Assembly: GCA_963788395.1 (NCBI GenBank)
Contig: CAWBGV010000028.1
Location: forward strand, 18,102 to 82,101
Reading direction: 5' to 3'
Source: Candidatus Doudnabacteria bacterium
GTDB lineage: Bacteria; Patescibacteriota; Doudnabacteria; UBA920
DNA length: 64,000 nucleotides
Shown: positions 19,345 to 30,002 of the stretch, piece by piece
Numbering within the stretch: the stretch's first letter is position 1
Layout: every line of letters starts with the position of its first letter
Translations under genes and position numbers: made by a program
Notes under the pieces: generated by a model
What the model was told of the DNA's origin: nothing
Seen by the model: the letters and a program-made list of their open reading frames with translations, nothing else
The model's database searches: none

Positions 19345-20034
19345 ATGGCTTCAGAGCTCACACAAAGCCAAACGGAAGTTTTTGAACAAGCCAAACAATC
19401 TATAATTGGTGAGCTCGATGAGGAAACCCTTAATTGGGATTTCTCAAAGATGCTCGATCAGTTAAAGACAACAATCGCCAACAAAAGTCCTACGGAAAGC
19501 GGGGCAACTCGCAATGCTGTTCGTTTCTTTTGCCGCCACTACCTGAACATGAAAGGCGAAGCATTCAACGAAACTCGGCGCTGGCTGACTGGCGAAAAGT
19601 CCATGTCATCTGCAGAGATTCAGCTCGTGCTACGCACATTGAAAGCTCTCAACGACGGGACTTTTGTAGAACCAGATTCCAAGCCATCGGCGTCCGAAAC
19701 CGAATACGACTCGTGCAGGGAGTTGGCGGCCGCAGTTATACCAACTGTCGGACAGCCAATCACCCAGCCAAAACCAGGCGTAGTTCGCAAGCTCATCGAC
19801 CATACGATTTCGCTGTTCAACTCGCTTGTCGGTTTAATTGTCGAATCTGGTGTTCAGCCTTCCGACGTGTTTGACGGAGACCGGATGCAGATTCGCGGTG
19901 CGTTGCAGAAAATTTGTGACGCATTTGGTATCAACGTGGTTTTTCCCGAGCCCGATGCGGCTCGTAACCAGCCAGTGACGAGAGACGACCTCTCTAGTTT
20001 AGGGCTAACTCTTACAGGAAAGAAAAGGAGATAG
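19345..20034 (+). CDS. hypothetical protein, upstream partner of the GHKL ATPase
   Basis: 229-aa ORF with SD taggagg. Its stop lies 4 nt before the next start. Confidence 0.6.
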   Translation: MASELTQSQTEVFEQAKQSIIGELDEETLNWDFSKMLDQLKTTIANKSPTESGATRNAVRFFCRHYLNMKGEAFNETRRWLTGEKSMSSAEIQLVLRTLKALNDGTFVEPDSKPSASETEYDSCRELAAAVIPTVGQPITQPKPGVVRKLIDHTISLFNSLVGLIVESGVQPSDVFDGDRMQIRGALQKICDAFGINVVFPEPDAARNQPVTRDDLSSLGLTLTGKKRR

Positions 20035-20038
20035 AGTT

Positions 20039-21565
20039 ATGAGATTCCAGATGAAAGTTACCGCCTTCCACATGGTCGACAACCTCGCCACCGGTCTCTA
20101 CGAGAGTGTGGGTCAGCGCCTGATGGAGCTGATTCGCAATTCTCTGGTTGCCAGCATGGCCGATCCGAACGTTTGGGAACCCAAGCGGGCGAAGATCGAG
20201 ATGTCGATTATTTCCAACCACCCGCTTTCACCCAGCAAGAATCCAGCACTCATCATACTGGACCATGGCTGCGGCTTGACTGATCCGGCGCTCGAACGCT
20301 ACTTTAACTGGCTCGGCACTCCCTTGAGTCAGCTTCGCCAGCACAGTAACGGTTCCTATGGCGGTGCTTCACAAAAGGGCATCGGCCGTCTGGCAGCACT
20401 CGCTCTAAACGAGAACTGCCTCCATGACGACGTGATGACCCGCATCAAGCACGGATACTACCTGCTTACGCGGACGTCCAAGACCGGTAATGTTCGTTTC
20501 GTGCCGGTCATTCCCGAAAAGGCGGAGACGGAACAGGGTTTCGATACCGAACGTTTCATTTCCTCAACCTCGACGGAACTCGGCCCGCTTAAGAATCTGC
20601 AAGGTTCGTTTACGGCAGTGGTCATTCCGACTCCGGTTTTCAAGAGCCACGCCGAGATTTACGAGGCGATCAAATGGCTCCTCCCGCGCGAACAGGATAA
20701 GATGTTCGATCTTCAGATCGGCGGCAAGGCATTCGGGCCACCCCCGCTGGAAAAGGAGATTAATCTTTCCTTACAAGACGGCCGTTACCGTGCCCGCCTC
20801 GGTGTCGGCAATACCGACAGCGACGGCGTTTGGCTCTGCGATGATGAGACAGGCTTTCGGGTCGCGAGCTGCCAGAAGCTTGGCAGACTCCTCCCTGATC
20901 CGCTTTGGTATCCCGACCTCGTCGGAGATATCTTTGCGCCAAACCTTCTCCGCCATCAAAACACCGCCCGTAGCACTCTTGCCAAGGAGTTTACTCGCAA
21001 GGGCAATAAAGAGTGGCAGCGTCTGCTGATGTTCCTCATTCGGGACGTCTCACCGCAGGCCAAGCAACTCATTGAACGGGATTCCATCCGCGGCAACGCC
21101 GCCGAAACCCTCGATGAACTGGCAGAACTGTTCAACGATCGTTTTGGCCCACCTGACGAATCGGATCACGGCGATGGCCCGCACAAAAAGCGGGAACCCA
21201 AAACCCCTGAACCCGGCGGCAATGGAGAGGGTGGTAATGGTGACGGAGACGGCGGTGAAAAGGAGACCGATCCTGAACGTCGCTATCGGCGTCACATCGC
21301 TATCAAGGTGCGAGACGAGGTCTTCTACCTCTATCGCGGCCAGACCCTGCATCCGTATGTCTTTGCCCAAGTCAGTCCCAACAATCCGAAGATGATCTTC
21401 GTGAACGTGCGGGGCGGATATAAGGCGCTACCGGATCAAAAGGCGGCCCGTCGTGAGCACTGTTTCGTCCAAGTGCTTATGGCAATCGGCACGAGCAAAT
21501 TTCCCTCTGATCGTTACCAGGCAATGCTGTTTGCCAACGAGGTCAGGGGCGAGTTTCTCAAGTAG
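20039..21565 (+). CDS. GHKL-type (HATPase_c_3-like) ATPase domain protein
   Basis: Bergerat-fold motifs in the correct order: ELIRNSLVAS (N-box), ILDHGCGLT (DxGxG), ASQKGIGRLAALAL (G2). A Gly/Asp/Glu-rich linker and an unknown C-terminal domain follow. Confidence 0.6.
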   Translation: MRFQMKVTAFHMVDNLATGLYESVGQRLMELIRNSLVASMADPNVWEPKRAKIEMSIISNHPLSPSKNPALIILDHGCGLTDPALERYFNWLGTPLSQLRQHSNGSYGGASQKGIGRLAALALNENCLHDDVMTRIKHGYYLLTRTSKTGNVRFVPVIPEKAETEQGFDTERFISSTSTELGPLKNLQGSFTAVVIPTPVFKSHAEIYEAIKWLLPREQDKMFDLQIGGKAFGPPPLEKEINLSLQDGRYRARLGVGNTDSDGVWLCDDETGFRVASCQKLGRLLPDPLWYPDLVGDIFAPNLLRHQNTARSTLAKEFTRKGNKEWQRLLMFLIRDVSPQAKQLIERDSIRGNAAETLDELAELFNDRFGPPDESDHGDGPHKKREPKTPEPGGNGEGGNGDGDGGEKETDPERRYRRHIAIKVRDEVFYLYRGQTLHPYVFAQVSPNNPKMIFVNVRGGYKALPDQKAARREHCFVQVLMAIGTSKFPSDRYQAMLFANEVRGEFLK

Positions 21566-21589
21566 TAACGCTCTGAAGCACAAACAAAG

Positions 21590-21626
21590 AACCCCACGAT
21601 CATTTACTGGTCGTGGGGTTATTTTT
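21590..21626. terminator. bidirectional terminator
   Basis: aaccccacga / tcgtggggtt stem followed by a T-run, between convergent genes. Confidence 0.65.
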
Positions 21627-22379
21627 ATCGCCGAAGTTATTGAAGTAGCGGAAAGGCTTGCCGATGAGGTCGGACGGTGGATCGGCACTGACCAGCTCAA
21701 CGGCCTGCCGATAAGCAAGCAGTGTGCCAATCTCCCGATCGTTTTCAGCTAGCAAGTCAATAATACTGTTGATGATGCCGCCTTCGCTCGCCAGCTCGGT
21801 TTCCAAACGAGCCTTTTCCATCTTTGCCGTCTGCTCATCCTCGCAAGCTCCGAGGCTTAAGAGTTGGCTGGTCATGGAAAGCTGTTCGGTTTTCTTGTCC
21901 CGTTCATTCTCCAAGTGCTCTTGGATATTTCTGACCGCATCGCTCCATTGCTCACGTCGCCGGAGTTCTGCGCAGATTTGATCGAGCGTTGTATTCAGCC
22001 GGACTTGCGGATTAGGTTGTCCGTGTTCAAGTTGCTCTGCCAACTCAGCTACTTGCGCTTCTGCGCCTGCAACTAAATCAGCAGCTGCACTATCGAGTTG
22101 CTCAACTGTGTTGAGCAGTTCGTCGACAGCCTTTGACAACTCCTTGTTGTCTTGACCGAGACCAATAGCCCTAATGAGACTCACTATGGTTTCGGCAAGC
22201 AACCGTTTAGATTCGGTATCAGCGGTTCCGAGCTGTAGGTGTGTTGCAAGCTCGTCTTCGGTATATTGAACCGCGCGGGAGATCTCCCGCGGATTGCGCA
22301 GTTCAACAACCTTTTGGGTGGTTTCAACTGGTGTTGGCGGTTGGCCCTTTTGCGGTTCCATCACTATCCTCCTATTCAA
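21600..22379 (-). CDS. hypothetical coiled-coil protein
   Basis: 259-aa ORF, highly helical, Glu/Leu/Ala-rich. Confidence 0.55.
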   Translation of the reverse strand: MNRRIVMEPQKGQPPTPVETTQKVVELRNPREISRAVQYTEDELATHLQLGTADTESKRLLAETIVSLIRAIGLGQDNKELSKAVDELLNTVEQLDSAAADLVAGAEAQVAELAEQLEHGQPNPQVRLNTTLDQICAELRRREQWSDAVRNIQEHLENERDKKTEQLSMTSQLLSLGACEDEQTAKMEKARLETELASEGGIINSIIDLLAENDREIGTLLAYRQAVELVSADPPSDLIGKPFRYFNNFGDKNNPTTSK

Positions 22380-22443
22380 GTTTTCATATTATTATATGGG
22401 TTTTTCGCATTGTTGTCAACCTTTCGGTATTTGCCATTTTGGC

Positions 22444-22472
22444 TTGACAAAAGCGGTTTTTGACCTTATAAT
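22444..22472 (+). promoter_or_regulatory. consensus sigma70 promoter
   Basis: TTGACA (22444-22449), 17 nt, TATAAT (22467-22472). Confidence 0.65.
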
Positions 22473-22536
22473 TTATAGTTCTGTCAGGAGATTTTTTCTT
22501 GCGGAAATGTTTTTTGAAATAAACCAAGGAGGCCTT

Positions 22537-23905
22537 ATGGAGGCTACTAAAGAGCAGGTCATTCGACTATTCCTGACGTTCCTGTCGCGGTATGTCCCCA
22601 TCGGGCAGGCGCAACTGGCAACTTTTAGGTGGACGAGGATTGGAGGCTAAAATTTGGTCGGAACTGCAAGTTCCTTCCGAGCATGGCTGGCTGATCGAAC
22701 GCAACAGGGAACGAGCGAGTAATCTCATCATCAATCATCGCTACGGCACCCACAACCAACTCCGAACTTTCGATCGTATCCTAGCCGGATACGGCGAAGA
22801 TCGAGAATTCATCGACGCGTTCCATTTGGATTTATGCGGAACGCTCTGCAACACCGCCATTGAAAACTTTTCGCCTGTATTACCGCTCCGTGCTCAAAAG
22901 CACAGGCCGGTGTTTGGCGATTACAGTCTGACCAGCGTCGCAATTTAACGTTGGAACAGTGGCCAAGTTTTCGTGCGCGCGCAAAACGCTTGTTCGGTTC
23001 ACAGGCAAATGACCTTCACGATCAAATCGTGGCACAACAGCGATGCGTGCCTGTCAGGCAGACTCGCCGGCATTTTTCAAGCCGTTTGATTCAGCCAAGG
23101 CCGCCAAGCGGGAATTCGGCTTGCTCATTGAGTTGACCGAATTATTACGCATGCAGCAGCTACCATGGATACCAGTGGCTGTTGAACGTTATATCTACGT
23201 CAGCCGCTACAAACGCCGACCCTTCCGGATGCGGACGTATTTTTTCCGTTTCGGACAGCAAAATGCAAGCTCCTCGGAATTCGCCTTTGCGCAAGCCTGG
23301 GTGAACAGTAAAACGTTCTTTGCTAATGATGAAGCATTCACTGAAGTCAAAATGCCAGTCGTTAGTATCACAGTTCCACCAACTACGAAAGGAATCGTTA
23401 CGCATATGGAACAGACAACGCCGAAACTCATCGATTTGTCAGGATACGTGGCCGTGCCAAAACCGGAATACGACCAACTCCTGGCCGACAGCCAACAGCT
23501 CCGCGCCATCCGCTCCGCACTCGAAGGTGCGATGGTATCCAATACCCACCCCGCCCAGCCCTCTTCGACTTCCCCGCCTTCGGTTGAGCCGCAAGGGAAT
23601 AAGGCTGGCCGAGTGCGAAAGTCCTGGGACAGCTTCACCGCCTGCGAGCAGATCGACTTCACCATCAAGGCTCTGGAGTTGCGGCTGGCCTTAGGCGGTA
23701 AGTTCACCGGCACAGAAGGCACCGCCGCGTGGGAGAAGCTGCTCAAAGGCACGTTTGGATACTACAATCCGAAGCTCGGTCGCAGCACACGTGCGACCTT
23801 GGCTCGCACCAGCGGCGAGAAGTTCCGCCCCGAGTTCGAGGAGCGGATCCGCAAAGCCTGCGGAGACAAGGCCAGCCTTACCTCGACCGCCTCGCCAAGC
23901 TGTAA
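22537..23905 (+). CDS. hypothetical protein, several apparent frameshifts
   Basis: SD aaggagg plus ATG at 22537. The pieces 22537-22650, 22592-22948, 22951-23136 and 23043-23984 read as one protein (…IDAFHLDLCGTL…GRCLAITVADQRRN…). The 3' end is uncertain because one frame reads through the terminator. Confidence 0.45.
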
Positions 23906-23931
23906 CGCCAGCAGTAGCAAATCATTCGTAG

Positions 23932-23961
23932 CAGGAGTTCCCAGTGGACTCCTGTTTTTTT
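23932..23961 (+). terminator. rho-independent terminator (right edge of GC-rich island)
   Basis: caggagt / actcctg stem followed by T7. Confidence 0.75.
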
Positions 23962-24187
23962 ATTTACCCATATTTAGACCGTAATTCTGTATATTTTTGG
24001 GAGTTAAATTATCCACATTTGTTCAGCTAGACTTTAAGTGAACGATAGTATACCATAAGAATATGCCCGATTATTACAATTTGTATGAGTATCAAAGTGG
24101 CAACATACATATCATACCGAAGGGTATGTATTAGTTCATCCCGACGGCAGCACCGACCGCATTCCATTAGATCCGGTAATTTTTGAC

Positions 24188-24640
24188 ATGATCCTTAAGG
24201 CTATCCATAAATCTGCATTAGAACAAGCGACACCAAATAGCAAAGCTGCAATCACCATTAGCCTTTACACAGAATCTCTGAACGAATATATCGATTTAGA
24301 AGTCTTTAAAACCGAAGGCCGACAGCGCAGCAAAGCTGTGTTTGATGTGTTATGCAGTAAGCAGGCAGTCGAGCGGTATAAACTGGAACTGGATGATAAG
24401 AAAACATTTTTTAAGGACAATTGGCAGTCCAAGATGGCGATAGAAGCGGACATTCCGGCCTACAGCGTTACCTGCTCTGTAGTGCCGGCAAAACTGACTG
24501 CTTTTGTGGAAGAGCGGTTTAAATTCAATAAAGCCTTTTACGAGCAAGTCAGCTGGACATATGGGCAAATCATTAAAGTTATTGAAACTCATTTTAAGGA
24601 GCCGGTAGAATTTAATCCGGAGCTTAACAATATTACGTGA
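24188..24640 (+). CDS. hypothetical protein
   Basis: 150-aa ORF in an AT-rich block. Confidence 0.5.
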   Translation: MILKAIHKSALEQATPNSKAAITISLYTESLNEYIDLEVFKTEGRQRSKAVFDVLCSKQAVERYKLELDDKKTFFKDNWQSKMAIEADIPAYSVTCSVVPAKLTAFVEERFKFNKAFYEQVSWTYGQIIKVIETHFKEPVEFNPELNNIT

Positions 24641-24927
24641 CGTTGTTGGCCAAACTACAGGAGTATTTTCAAAGCGATATTCGCGCCACCTTATTTGAGG
24701 AATTAACGTTGCCTTTTAAAACATTATTTTTCCATCAGCACGAGATTACTGCAATCAAACAGGATGTTAAGAAAATCACCGATCCCATGCATGACAACTT
24801 GGCTGGCTTGCAGCGGATTATTGACCTGTATAGTTTGGACCAGCCAAAAGATACTAACTTTGAGCAGTTGGAAGATTTTTTTGGCAAATTTACAGAAGAG
24901 CAGTGGCCGGGGGCGTTGCCAAAATAG
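24637..24927 (+). CDS. hypothetical protein
   Basis: 96-aa ORF with a 4-nt overlap (GTGA) to the preceding ORF. Confidence 0.45.
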   Translation: MTLLAKLQEYFQSDIRATLFEELTLPFKTLFFHQHEITAIKQDVKKITDPMHDNLAGLQRIIDLYSLDQPKDTNFEQLEDFFGKFTEEQWPGALPK

Positions 24928-25949
24928 CTTAGCCAAGCCATCACCAATTAACCCTTATAAGACGCTAATTTTCCGATTCCTCAATCAAAATTGCAGTTAA
25001 CAAGGATATAAAAATGCTTTAAGGTCAGTGTGAATAAGCCACCTTGGAAGTTACTGCTGCATGTGGCCGAAGACGGAAAAGCCACTTGTTCAATATATCT
25101 TCTTAGCCCCTTAAAGGCATATGGATTATTTGAATACCCATGGCGATTGTAGGCTATATACCCAATCAGGCAAACATTTGACTACAATTTATTGAAGAAG
25201 AAAACGGCCAGTCGTCGCGGCCTGCCATGCCAATGGAAGTCATCTCGCCACAGGCTTACCAGCAACGCTTAAACAAACTTAATATCTACTTAAAAAAACT
25301 AGAAAAAGAGGAAAATGAAAAAACCGCCAATAAAACGGCGGTTTTTTGTTGTGTTTTTTTAATTTCCACTTTGTTTAAGAAAATTTTGTCTGCGAACCTA
25401 TAGATACATTAAACATTAATCTACAATCGTATGACAAAATCATTACGAAAAAATGTGCAGCTGGATAATCCGGCTGAAGAAAGTAGTAGCTATTTTTCCA
25501 CGCATGACCTTGCATGCGCCGGAAGCTTATCGATTTGCAGGCTTTGAGCTTCTATCTGGCTCAGCAGGAGACGATCCACGAAGATAAAATTTACCTTTCC
25601 ACTCGCCGAGGACAAAATTCACAGAACACGCGTAAAAAAGTTTTTGGGGATGGTGATTTTGGAGAAGGTTAAACATTCCCAAGGTTATTTCAAATGGGAT
25701 CAGGCGTTGAAAAATCAAATTATTCTCGGAGTAGAGCCATGGAATTGACCGACCAACAAATCGAGAAATTCAGAGCTATATAAGCAGCAATTTGGAATTG
25801 AGATAGCTATGAAGATCGCAAAAGACCGCGGCCCAAGCTTATTCAGGCTCCTGGTCTAAAATGTCTATAAGCCCATAAGAGGAGGAGTATAAAAAGCGAA
25901 CCTCGGCTTTCAGGCGAGAGTAAAATCTAATACCATTAAATTGATTATT

Positions 25950-27268
25950 ATGGAAAACAATTACTTTAATTTTACCGCTTCACGTCATGATGACGAGCTC
26001 AGCCATGTCCAGGCCTACCATTAAAAAGGACGATGAAAAGAAAAATCATAACCTCCTCTGCGAGTTGTCGGCTTATACCGATGACTCGCAGTTCAACATT
26101 AGTTATAACGCGCCGCATCGACCGGCAAGTCATATATCCCTACGGAAATTGCCACGCTGTTTCCACAGGAAGATGTTATGGAAATCGGCCACAGTAGCCC
26201 TATGTCTTTTTACCATGACGCCAAGTTTGATGAAGAAAAGAAGGAACATATTATTGACCTGTCTAGAAAAATAATAATCTTCCTGGACCAGCCGCACAAT
26301 GACCTATTAACCCGGTTGCGCCCGTTATTGTCCCATGACAAAAAAGCCATCAAGATTAAAATTGCCGATAGATCCAAAAATGCCAGCTTGCGCACCAAGA
26401 ATATTACCATGATCGGTTTTCCGAGCGTGGTGTTCTGCACAGCTAGCTCCAACGTTGATGAGCAGGAATCCACTCGTTTTTTCTTGCTGAGTCCGGAAAT
26501 AAACCAAGAGAAAATCAGACAGGCTATTTCTCAAAAGATTGATAAGGAATCTAACCGCGCTAAGTTTATGGCTTGGCTGGACGAACTGCCAGAACGCAAG
26601 CTTCTCCAGCAGCGTATCGCGGCTATCAAGCAAGAAGCTATAACGGATATTAAAATTATAGATCCTAAAAAATCAAGGAGCGATTCTTTTAGTGAAACAA
26701 AATGCTGAAATCAAGGCACTCAAGAGATATTGGCCGGCTGCTGGCTTTAGTTAAATCGTTAGCGTTGCTGAACTTATGGTGGCGCCAAAAGGAAGGCTCA
26801 AGCATTACGGCTAACGAAGATGACGTCAATCAGGGCTTTGCCATTTGGAATAAGATTGCGGTTACTGAAGATCTAAATTTGCCTCCATATATTTATAACC
26901 TATTCCAAGAAGTCATCTTGCCGATCTGGAGCACTAAAGAAATTTCTTACATGAGCCTAGAGGGACAAAAGGAAGGCATCAGTAGACAGGAAGTGCAAAA
27001 AAAGCACCTTGAAGTCTACGGCCGGATGCTGGATCCAACCAAACTAGTTAAAGGAATTATTCCCATGCTGGAAACGGCCGAACTTATCACCCAAGAACCG
27101 CATCCTATGGACGGCCGTAAGATGCTGATTTTCCCTACAGTGGAGTCCCATAGTTCTAAACCGAAAATGAGCGAAGCTAAAAAAAAAGAGGCGGCTATAA
27201 AATTCATGACAGAGAATTTTCCCGATGGCCCGGATCCGGAAACTATCATTCGGGAGGCAGGACTTTAA
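25950..27268 (+). CDS. hypothetical protein (phage/plasmid-like), multiple apparent frameshifts
   Basis: Overlapping ORFs in different frames (25950-, 25987-26274, 26178-26708, 26702-27268) read as one ~440-aa protein. No motif recognised. Confidence 0.4.
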
Positions 27269-27548
27269 ACCAAGCACAACGGGTGAAACGCTTGATTGAT
27301 TAATCGATTAAGCAAACCTGACGCTGTGCCCGCTATGGCCACGACTAAAAATCCTCATCGCACAGTCACTTTGGTAGGTTTTGTCAGTTTTCTTGTTTGC
27401 CTCTTGCTTATAACCTAAATCAGCAAAAACCTACTACTGTTAAACCTACCATCCTTAATTATTTCGGCAAACAGCTATATGGGAATCGACTGTGTATCAG
27501 GCTAATCAATAAAGTTAGTTAACCGCTGTGCTCTTAAGTGAAACAATT

Positions 27549-28219
27549 ATGCCAAAACCAATAGCAGACAATTTATTTCGTCTTGAGACTCGCGAGCTTC
27601 AGAGGTTTGGATATTTCCGTGGCTTTAAGTGCGGCCAGATTATACTGCGTCACGGCAATTATAATTTGCCTCTAACCGTAGAAGCTGATTTTGAGGAAGA
27701 ATTTGCCGAACCAAAAATTTTCCTGTCTTACTGGACTAACCGTTATAAGCCTAATGCCAAATATCATAATTGTGAGATTCCGGTGGTTACGACTCCCTGT
27801 AATTTAGGCGGTAAGCGATATTGGTTTCTCTGCCCGTTGTGCGGCGAAAAAAAGCCCGAGTGCTATATCTTCATGACGGTTATCTTGGCTGCGTCCGCTG
27901 CCACCAGCTGACTTACGAGAGTCAAAAATTAAGCGGCATCTGGAAAATTGGCGGCAAAGGCATTGGCTTCTCTGAGCTTGATCGTATGAAAGAAAACATC
28001 GGCAGACAAATTTATGCCGGCAAACCGACTAAGCAGTTTATAAAGTATAAGATGGCCGAAGTTAAATCGTTCGGTGGATTCATGGGCACGGCTTGTGCCA
28101 TTGATGCAAAATCGGGCCGAAACGCAGCGTTTTGGGCTAAAGATGGGCAAACCTTGGGACAAGTTTGGCAAAAAGGGCAAACAGGGGGCAAAGTTGCCAA
28201 AAGAGCCAAACCACGGTAA
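27549..28219 (+). CDS. hypothetical zinc-ribbon protein, one apparent frameshift
   Basis: CPLCGEKK / ARVLYLHDGYLGCVRCHQLTYESQ join across the A7 run near 27846. Confidence 0.45.
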
Positions 28220-28260
28220 TATAGGCACGATTTAAACTATCACCATTAAATTTCTATTAT

Positions 28261-29825
28261 ATGCAAAATAAATCTAACGCCAGTAAGTATATTGAATACT
28301 GCCGCAAGTCCTCTGACTCGGAAGACCGGCAGGTGCAATCAATTCCGGACCAACTGAAAGAATTGATGCCTTTAAGAATTGCGCGGCAGGCTAATGTTAT
28401 AAAATCTTATGGTGAATCGCAGTCAGCTAAAAAGCCCGGCCGCCCTTACTTTAACGAAATGATTAAAATGGTTGAGGACGGTAAAGCTGATGGCATCATC
28501 TGCTGGAAAATAAACCGCCTTGCCCGTAACCCGATTGACGGCGGGAAAATCCAGTGGCTGCTGCAAACCGGCAAACTCAAATCCATCCTTACGCCCGGCA
28601 AAGAATACTTACCGACTGACAATGTTTTAATGATGGCTGTTGAGCTTGGTATGGCTAACCAGTTTATATTAGACCTAAGCAAAGACGTTACTCGCGGCAT
28701 GAACACTAAGGTGCAAAAAGGCTGGCGGCCGGTTAAAGCGCCGCTTGGTTATTTAAACGATCCGGTTGGGTTGCGCGGCGAGAAAAGAATTTTTAAAGAT
28801 CCGGAACGGTTTGAGTTGGTGCAGAAAATGTGGAAGCTAATGCTTAGCGGTAATTATACTATCCGCAGGCTTCGAGACGTTATTACCAACGAGTGGGGTT
28901 TAAGAAGCAGGCAGAATAACAACACGTTAAGCTTAGGCGGCCTATACCGAATTTTTACTAACTCCTTTTACTACGGGGAGTTTACTTATCACGGCGAAGT
29001 CTTTCAAGGCAAACACGAGCCTATGAATTAGTAAAATGGAATTTGACCGAGTGCAACAGATTTTAGGCAGAGCTGGTAAGCCCAGGCCAAAATATAAGCG
29101 GCTACCATTTAACGGGCTTATTCAGTGCGGCGAATGCGGCGCCATGATTACCAGTGACGAGAAACTTAAAACCATGAAAGCCACAGGCGAAATCAAATCT
29201 TATATTTACCATCACTGCACTAAAAAGAAAAAGATACTGCCTGTTACCAAAGACCAATTAAGCACGAGGAGCTGGTTAAGCAGGTTAATGCTTATTTAAA
29301 TCTCATAACCATCCCCGAAGAATTTTTGCACTGGACCCCGTGAGGTGCTTAAATCAAACAACGAGCAGGAAGAACACGACCGCACCCTTATGTTGGAAAA
29401 CCATCGCAAGAATTACGACTCATGCCTTAAGCGCATCGATAATTTAATTAACCTGTATATTTCGGGCGATAATGCGGATAAGGAGCTTTTAACCGAGGAT
29501 GAGTTTAAAAGTCAGAAAAACGGGTTAGTGGCTGAGAAAGCGCAAATAGAGTCACAGATGCGGCAGGTTGGCGAGAGGTTAACGACTGGATGGACTTAAC
29601 TGAGAAAACGTTTGAATTTGCGACTTATGCTAAATCTTTTTTTGAAAAAGCGGATTTATGAGCAGAAGACTGACATTCTGCGCGCCTTTGGTCAGAACTT
29701 TGTGTTACAAGGCGGAAAACTTGATATTACCTTGGCTAAACCGTTCTTGGTTTTGAAAAATGGGCTAACGGAGGCATCCATTCAAATGGCTATGTCAGAA
29801 CCGGCAAAACTCTTGAGACCTCATC
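28261..29825 (+). CDS. large serine recombinase, fragmented by at least 3 frameshifts
   Basis: Resolvase N-domain (YCRKSSDSEDRQVQSIPDQ, ICWKINRLARN), recombinase domain (GWRPVKAPLGY), zinc ribbon (CGECGAMITSDE…HHCTKKK), coiled coil, and C-terminal tail. Pieces: 28261-29031, 29036-29299, 29345-29599, 29612-. The 3' end is uncertain. Confidence 0.8.
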
Positions 29826-29828
29826 GGA

Positions 29829-29854
29829 AAAAACCGCCCTTTAGAGACGGTTTT
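29829..29854. terminator. bidirectional terminator (ends the minus-strand tRNA operon)
   Basis: aaaaccg / cggtttt stem with an A-run before and a T-run after. It lies 8 nt downstream of the tRNA-Gly 3' end. Confidence 0.7.
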
Positions 29855-29861
29855 TTCACGT

Positions 29862-29935
29862 TGGAGCGGCTAACGGGAATCGAACCCGTGTCCCTTCCTT
29901 GGCAAGGAAGAGTTCTACCATTGAACCATAGCCGC
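29862..29935 (-). tRNA. tRNA-Gly(GCC)
   Basis: Manual cloverleaf: GCGGCTA…TAGCCGC, anticodon loop TTGCCAA, T-loop TTCGATT, encoded CCA. Confidence 0.9.
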
Positions 29936-30002
29936 GTTAGGTTTTATATATTATATAGGTAACAAACAAAAGATTCAATCCAAATTGTGTAACTTAACTG
30001 TT

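Noticed and set aside
27481-27500. gggaatcgactgtgt resembles the gggaatcgaacccgtgt segment of tRNA-Gly (29874-29890) and could be an att-type direct repeat flanking the recombinase module.
   Set aside because: The match is short and imperfect. Serine recombinases do not generate long direct repeats, so the similarity is probably chance.
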